A stretch of DNA of 63,498 nt, the filler included, from Chiloscyllium plagiosum (lineage: Eukaryota), in assembly GCF_004010195.1 (NCBI RefSeq). It is 4 parts of one record of this genome, joined end to end, with 100 filler letters (N's around TTAATTAATTAA, not from the genome) between each part and the next. Parts side by side here need not be neighbours in the genome. Positions count along the whole stretch, not along the records: positions 53,988 to 63,498 come from NC_057710.1; 3 more parts are not named here. The stretch is one strand, 5' to 3'. Every line of letters begins with the position of its first letter. The first letter of the stretch is position 1. Shown piece after piece: positions 60,247 to 63,498 of this stretch. Made by a program: the position numbers and the translations under genes. The notes beneath the pieces were generated by a model. The model was not told the origin of the DNA, made no database searches, and was given only the letters and a program-made list of their open reading frames with translations.

Positions 60247-63200
60247 CTCATGGGGAGGGTTTAAACTGGCAGGGGGATGGGAACCAAATGAGGAGGCTAG
60301 TGGACAGTAAGGAGATAGTGACTAAAGCCTGTAAGGAAGTAGATAATGAAGCCAGCGTGACTAAGGGGAAGAGTAGGCAGGGAGCAAATGATGAACGTAA
60401 AGCAACAGGTGATCTGAGGTGTATTTGTTTTAATGCGAGAAGTGTAGTAGGTAAGGCAGATAAACTTAGGGCTTGGATTAGTACCTGGGAATATGATGTT
60501 AATGCTATTATGGAGACTTGGTTGAGGGAAGGGCATGATTGGCAATGAAATATCCCAGGATACAGATATCCCAGGTGGGATAGCGAGGCAGGTAAAAGGG
60601 GTGGAGGAGTAGCATTACTGGCCAGAGAGGATATCACAGTTGTGCTGAAGGAGGGCACTATAGAGGACTCAAGCAGTGAGGCAATATAGGCAGAGCTCAG
60701 AAATAGGAACAGTGTGGAAACAATGTTTGGGCTATACTACAGACCTCCCAACAGTGAGCGTGAAATAGAGGTATAAATATGTAGACAATAGACAATAGGT
60801 GCAGGAGTAGGCCATTCTGCCCTTCGAGCCTGCACCATCATTCAATATGATCATGGCTGATCATCCTTAATTAGTATCTTGTTCCTGCCTTATCTCCATA
60901 ACCCTTGATTCCACTATCCTTGAGAGCTCTATCCAACTCTTTCTTAAATACATCCAGAGACTGGGCCTCCACTGCCTCTGAGGCAGAGCATTCTAATCAG
61001 CCACCACTCTCTGGGTGAAGAAGTTTCTCCTCATCTCTGTCCTAAATGGTCTACCCCGTATTTTTAAGCTGTGTCCTCTGGTTCGGCACTCACCCATCAG
61101 CGGAAACATGTTTCCTGCCTCCAGAGTGTCAATCCTTTAATAATCTTATACGTCTCAATCAGATCCCCTCTCAGTCTTCTAAACTCAAGGGTATACAAGC
61201 CCAGTCACTCCAGTCTTTCAGTATAAGTCCCGCCATTCCAGGAATTGACCTCGTGAACCTACGCTGCACTCCCTCAATAGCCAGAATGTCTTTCCTCAAA
61301 TTTGGAGACCAGAACTGCACACAATGCTCCAGGTGTTGTCTCACCAGGGCCCTGTACAGCTGTAGAAGAACCTCTTTGCTTCTATACTCAATACCTCTTG
61401 TTATGAAGGCCAGCATGCTATTAGCCTTCTTCATTACCTGCTGTACCTGCATGCTTACCTGCATGTAAACAGATTATGGAAAGGTGTAGGAGCAACAGGG
61501 TGATAGGAGATTTTAATTTGCACAACATCGACTGGGATTCACTTAACGTTACAGGTCTATTTGGAGCATAATTTGTAAGGAGCATCCAGGAGGGTTTTCT
61601 AGAGCAGAATGTAAATAGTCCAACTTGAGAAAGGGCCATATTGGACCTGGTGTTAGGGAATGAGCTCGACCAGGTGGTTGAAGTTTCAGTAGAGGATTAC
61701 TTTGGGGATAGTGATCACAATTCTGTAAGTTTTGGAGTACTTATGGACAAAGATGACAGTAATCTTAAAGGAAGAGTGCTAATTTGAGGGAAGGCCAACT
61801 ATAGCAAAATCTGGCAGGTGTTGGAGAATGTGGATTGGGAGCAGCTGTTTGAAGCAAAATCCATATTTGATATGTGGGAGGCTTTTAAAGAGATGTTGAT
61901 TAGAGTGCAGAACAGACATGCCCCTGTGAAAATGAGGGATAGAAATGGAAAGATTAGGGAACCATTGATGACAGATGAAATTGTAAGCCTAGCTAAGAGG
62001 AAAAAGGAAGCATGCATAAGGTCTAGGCGAATGAAAGCAGAGAAAGCTTTGGAAGAATATCGGGAAAGTAGGACCAATCTGAAATGAGGAATTAAGGGGG
62101 CTGAAAGGATCATGAAATATCTTTAGCAAACAGGGTTAAGGAAAATCCCAAAGCCTTTTATTCATATATAAAGGAGCGAGAGGGTAACTAGAGAAAGGGT
62201 TGGACCACTCATGGACAAAGGAGGAAAGTTATGGGTGGAGTCAGAGAAAATAGGTGAGATTCTTAATGAGTACTTTGCATCGGTATTCACCGAGGAGACG
62301 GACATGACGGATGTTGAGGGCAGGGATAAATGTTTGATTACTCCAGGTCAAGTCGGCATAAGGAGGGAGGAAGTGGTGAGTATTCTAAAAAGCATTAACA
62401 TGGACAAGTCTCCAGGTCCAGATAGGATCTATCCCAGGTTACTGAGGGAAGTGAGAGAAGGGCCTTAACAGATGTCTTTGTAGCATCCTTGAACATGGAG
62501 GGTTGGAGAATTGTTAATGTGGTCTCCTTGCTTAAAAAGAGTAGCAAGGATAATCCAGGTAATTATAGACAAGTGAGCCTGACATCAGTGGTAGGGAAGC
62601 TGCTGGAGAAGATACTGAGGAATAGGATCTATTTACATTTGGAAGAAAATGGGCTTATCAGTGATAGGCAACATGGTTTTGTGCAGGAAAATTCATATCT
62701 TACCAACTTAATAGAATTCTTTGAGGAAGTGACAAAGTTGATTAATGAGAGAAGGGCTGCAGATTTCATATACATGGACTTCAAAAAGGCATTTGATAAG
62801 GTTCCCTATGATAGGCTGATGGAGAAAGTGAAATCACATGGAGTCCAGGGTGTACGAGCTAGATGGATAGAGAACTGGCTGGGCAGCAGGATACAGAGAG
62901 TAGTAGTGGAAGGGAGTTTCTCAAACTGGAGAAATGTGACCAGTGATGTTCCACAGGGATCCGTGTTGAGACCACTGTTGTTTGTGATATACATGAATGA
63001 TCGGGATGAAGGTAAAGATAGTCTGATTAACAAGTTTTCAGATAACACTAAGATTGGTGGAGTACCATATAGTGAAGAGAGCTGTCAAAGAATGCAGCAG
63101 AACATAGATAGATTGGAGAGTTGGGCAGAGAAATGGTAGATGGAGTTCAATGTGGGCAAATGTGAGGTGATGCATTTTGGAAGATCCAATTCAAGAGTGA

Positions 63201-63498
63201 ATGATACTGTAAATGGAAAAGCCATGGGAAAAAAATTGATGTACAGAGAACTTGGTGTTCAGATCCATTGTACCCTGAAGGTGGCAAAGCAGGTTGACAA
63301 AGTGGTCAAGAAGGCATACAGCATGCTTTCCTTCATTGGACAGTGTATTGAGTAGAAGAGTTGGCAGGCCATGTTACATTTACATAAGACTTTGGTTTGG
63401 CTACATTTGGAATACTGCGTATAGTTCTGGTTGCCACATTACCAAAAAAATGTGGATGCTTTGGACAGGGTACAGAGGAGGTTCACCAGGATGTTGCC
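60247..63498 (+). mobile_element. Near full-length degenerate CR1 ORF2 (endonuclease plus RT), running off the window
   Basis: CICFNARSVVGKADKL...METWLREG; KSPGPDRIYPRLL; PGNYRQVSLTSVVGKLLEKIL...QHGF...YMDFKKAFDKVP...VPQGSVL...FSDNTK; many stops. Confidence 0.92.
60784..61462 (-). mobile_element. Younger CR1 3' fragment inserted antisense in the CR1 above
   Basis: KKANSMLAFITRGIEYRSKEVLLQLYRALVRQHLEHCVQFWSP; tail (attgtct)n; short duplication atgta at 60779-83 and 61463-67. Confidence 0.9.

Noticed and set aside
62489..63139. 216-aa RT ORF as an active or domesticated gene
   Set aside because: Flanked by stops and frameshifts, and the catalytic motif is degenerate (FSDN instead of FADD).

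Overview
Eukaryotic, repeat-dominated DNA from a cartilaginous fish. HE1-type SINEs, CR1/HER1-type LINEs and Penelope families point to a shark; a carpet/bamboo-shark lineage is my inference only. The one host gene I can support is the 3' end of TPGS2 (tubulin polyglutamylase complex subunit 2) on the + strand: coding exons 20038-20201 and 20832-21068, then a repeat-poor putative 3' UTR. The rest is a heavily nested mosaic of decayed mobile elements: many CR1 fragments, a 3.4 kb L1-clade ORF2 relic, RTE-X-like and L2-like pieces, HE1 and other SINEs, a gag-only Gypsy LTR element, a PIF/Harbinger transposase relic, Penelope RT and GIY-YIG fragments, and a 42-bp satellite. The most interesting signal is a set of short Penelope-derived non-coding inserts that carry minimal hammerhead ribozyme cores, in two distinct families plus a variant of the first. 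They share a fixed end, often fold back as palindromes, and are often flanked by 12-20 bp target-site duplications. Three of the four gaps contain an artificial TTAATTAATTAA linker, so contiguity across them is uncertain. Repeat boundaries were read by eye and are approximate, and family names come from recalled motifs, not database searches.
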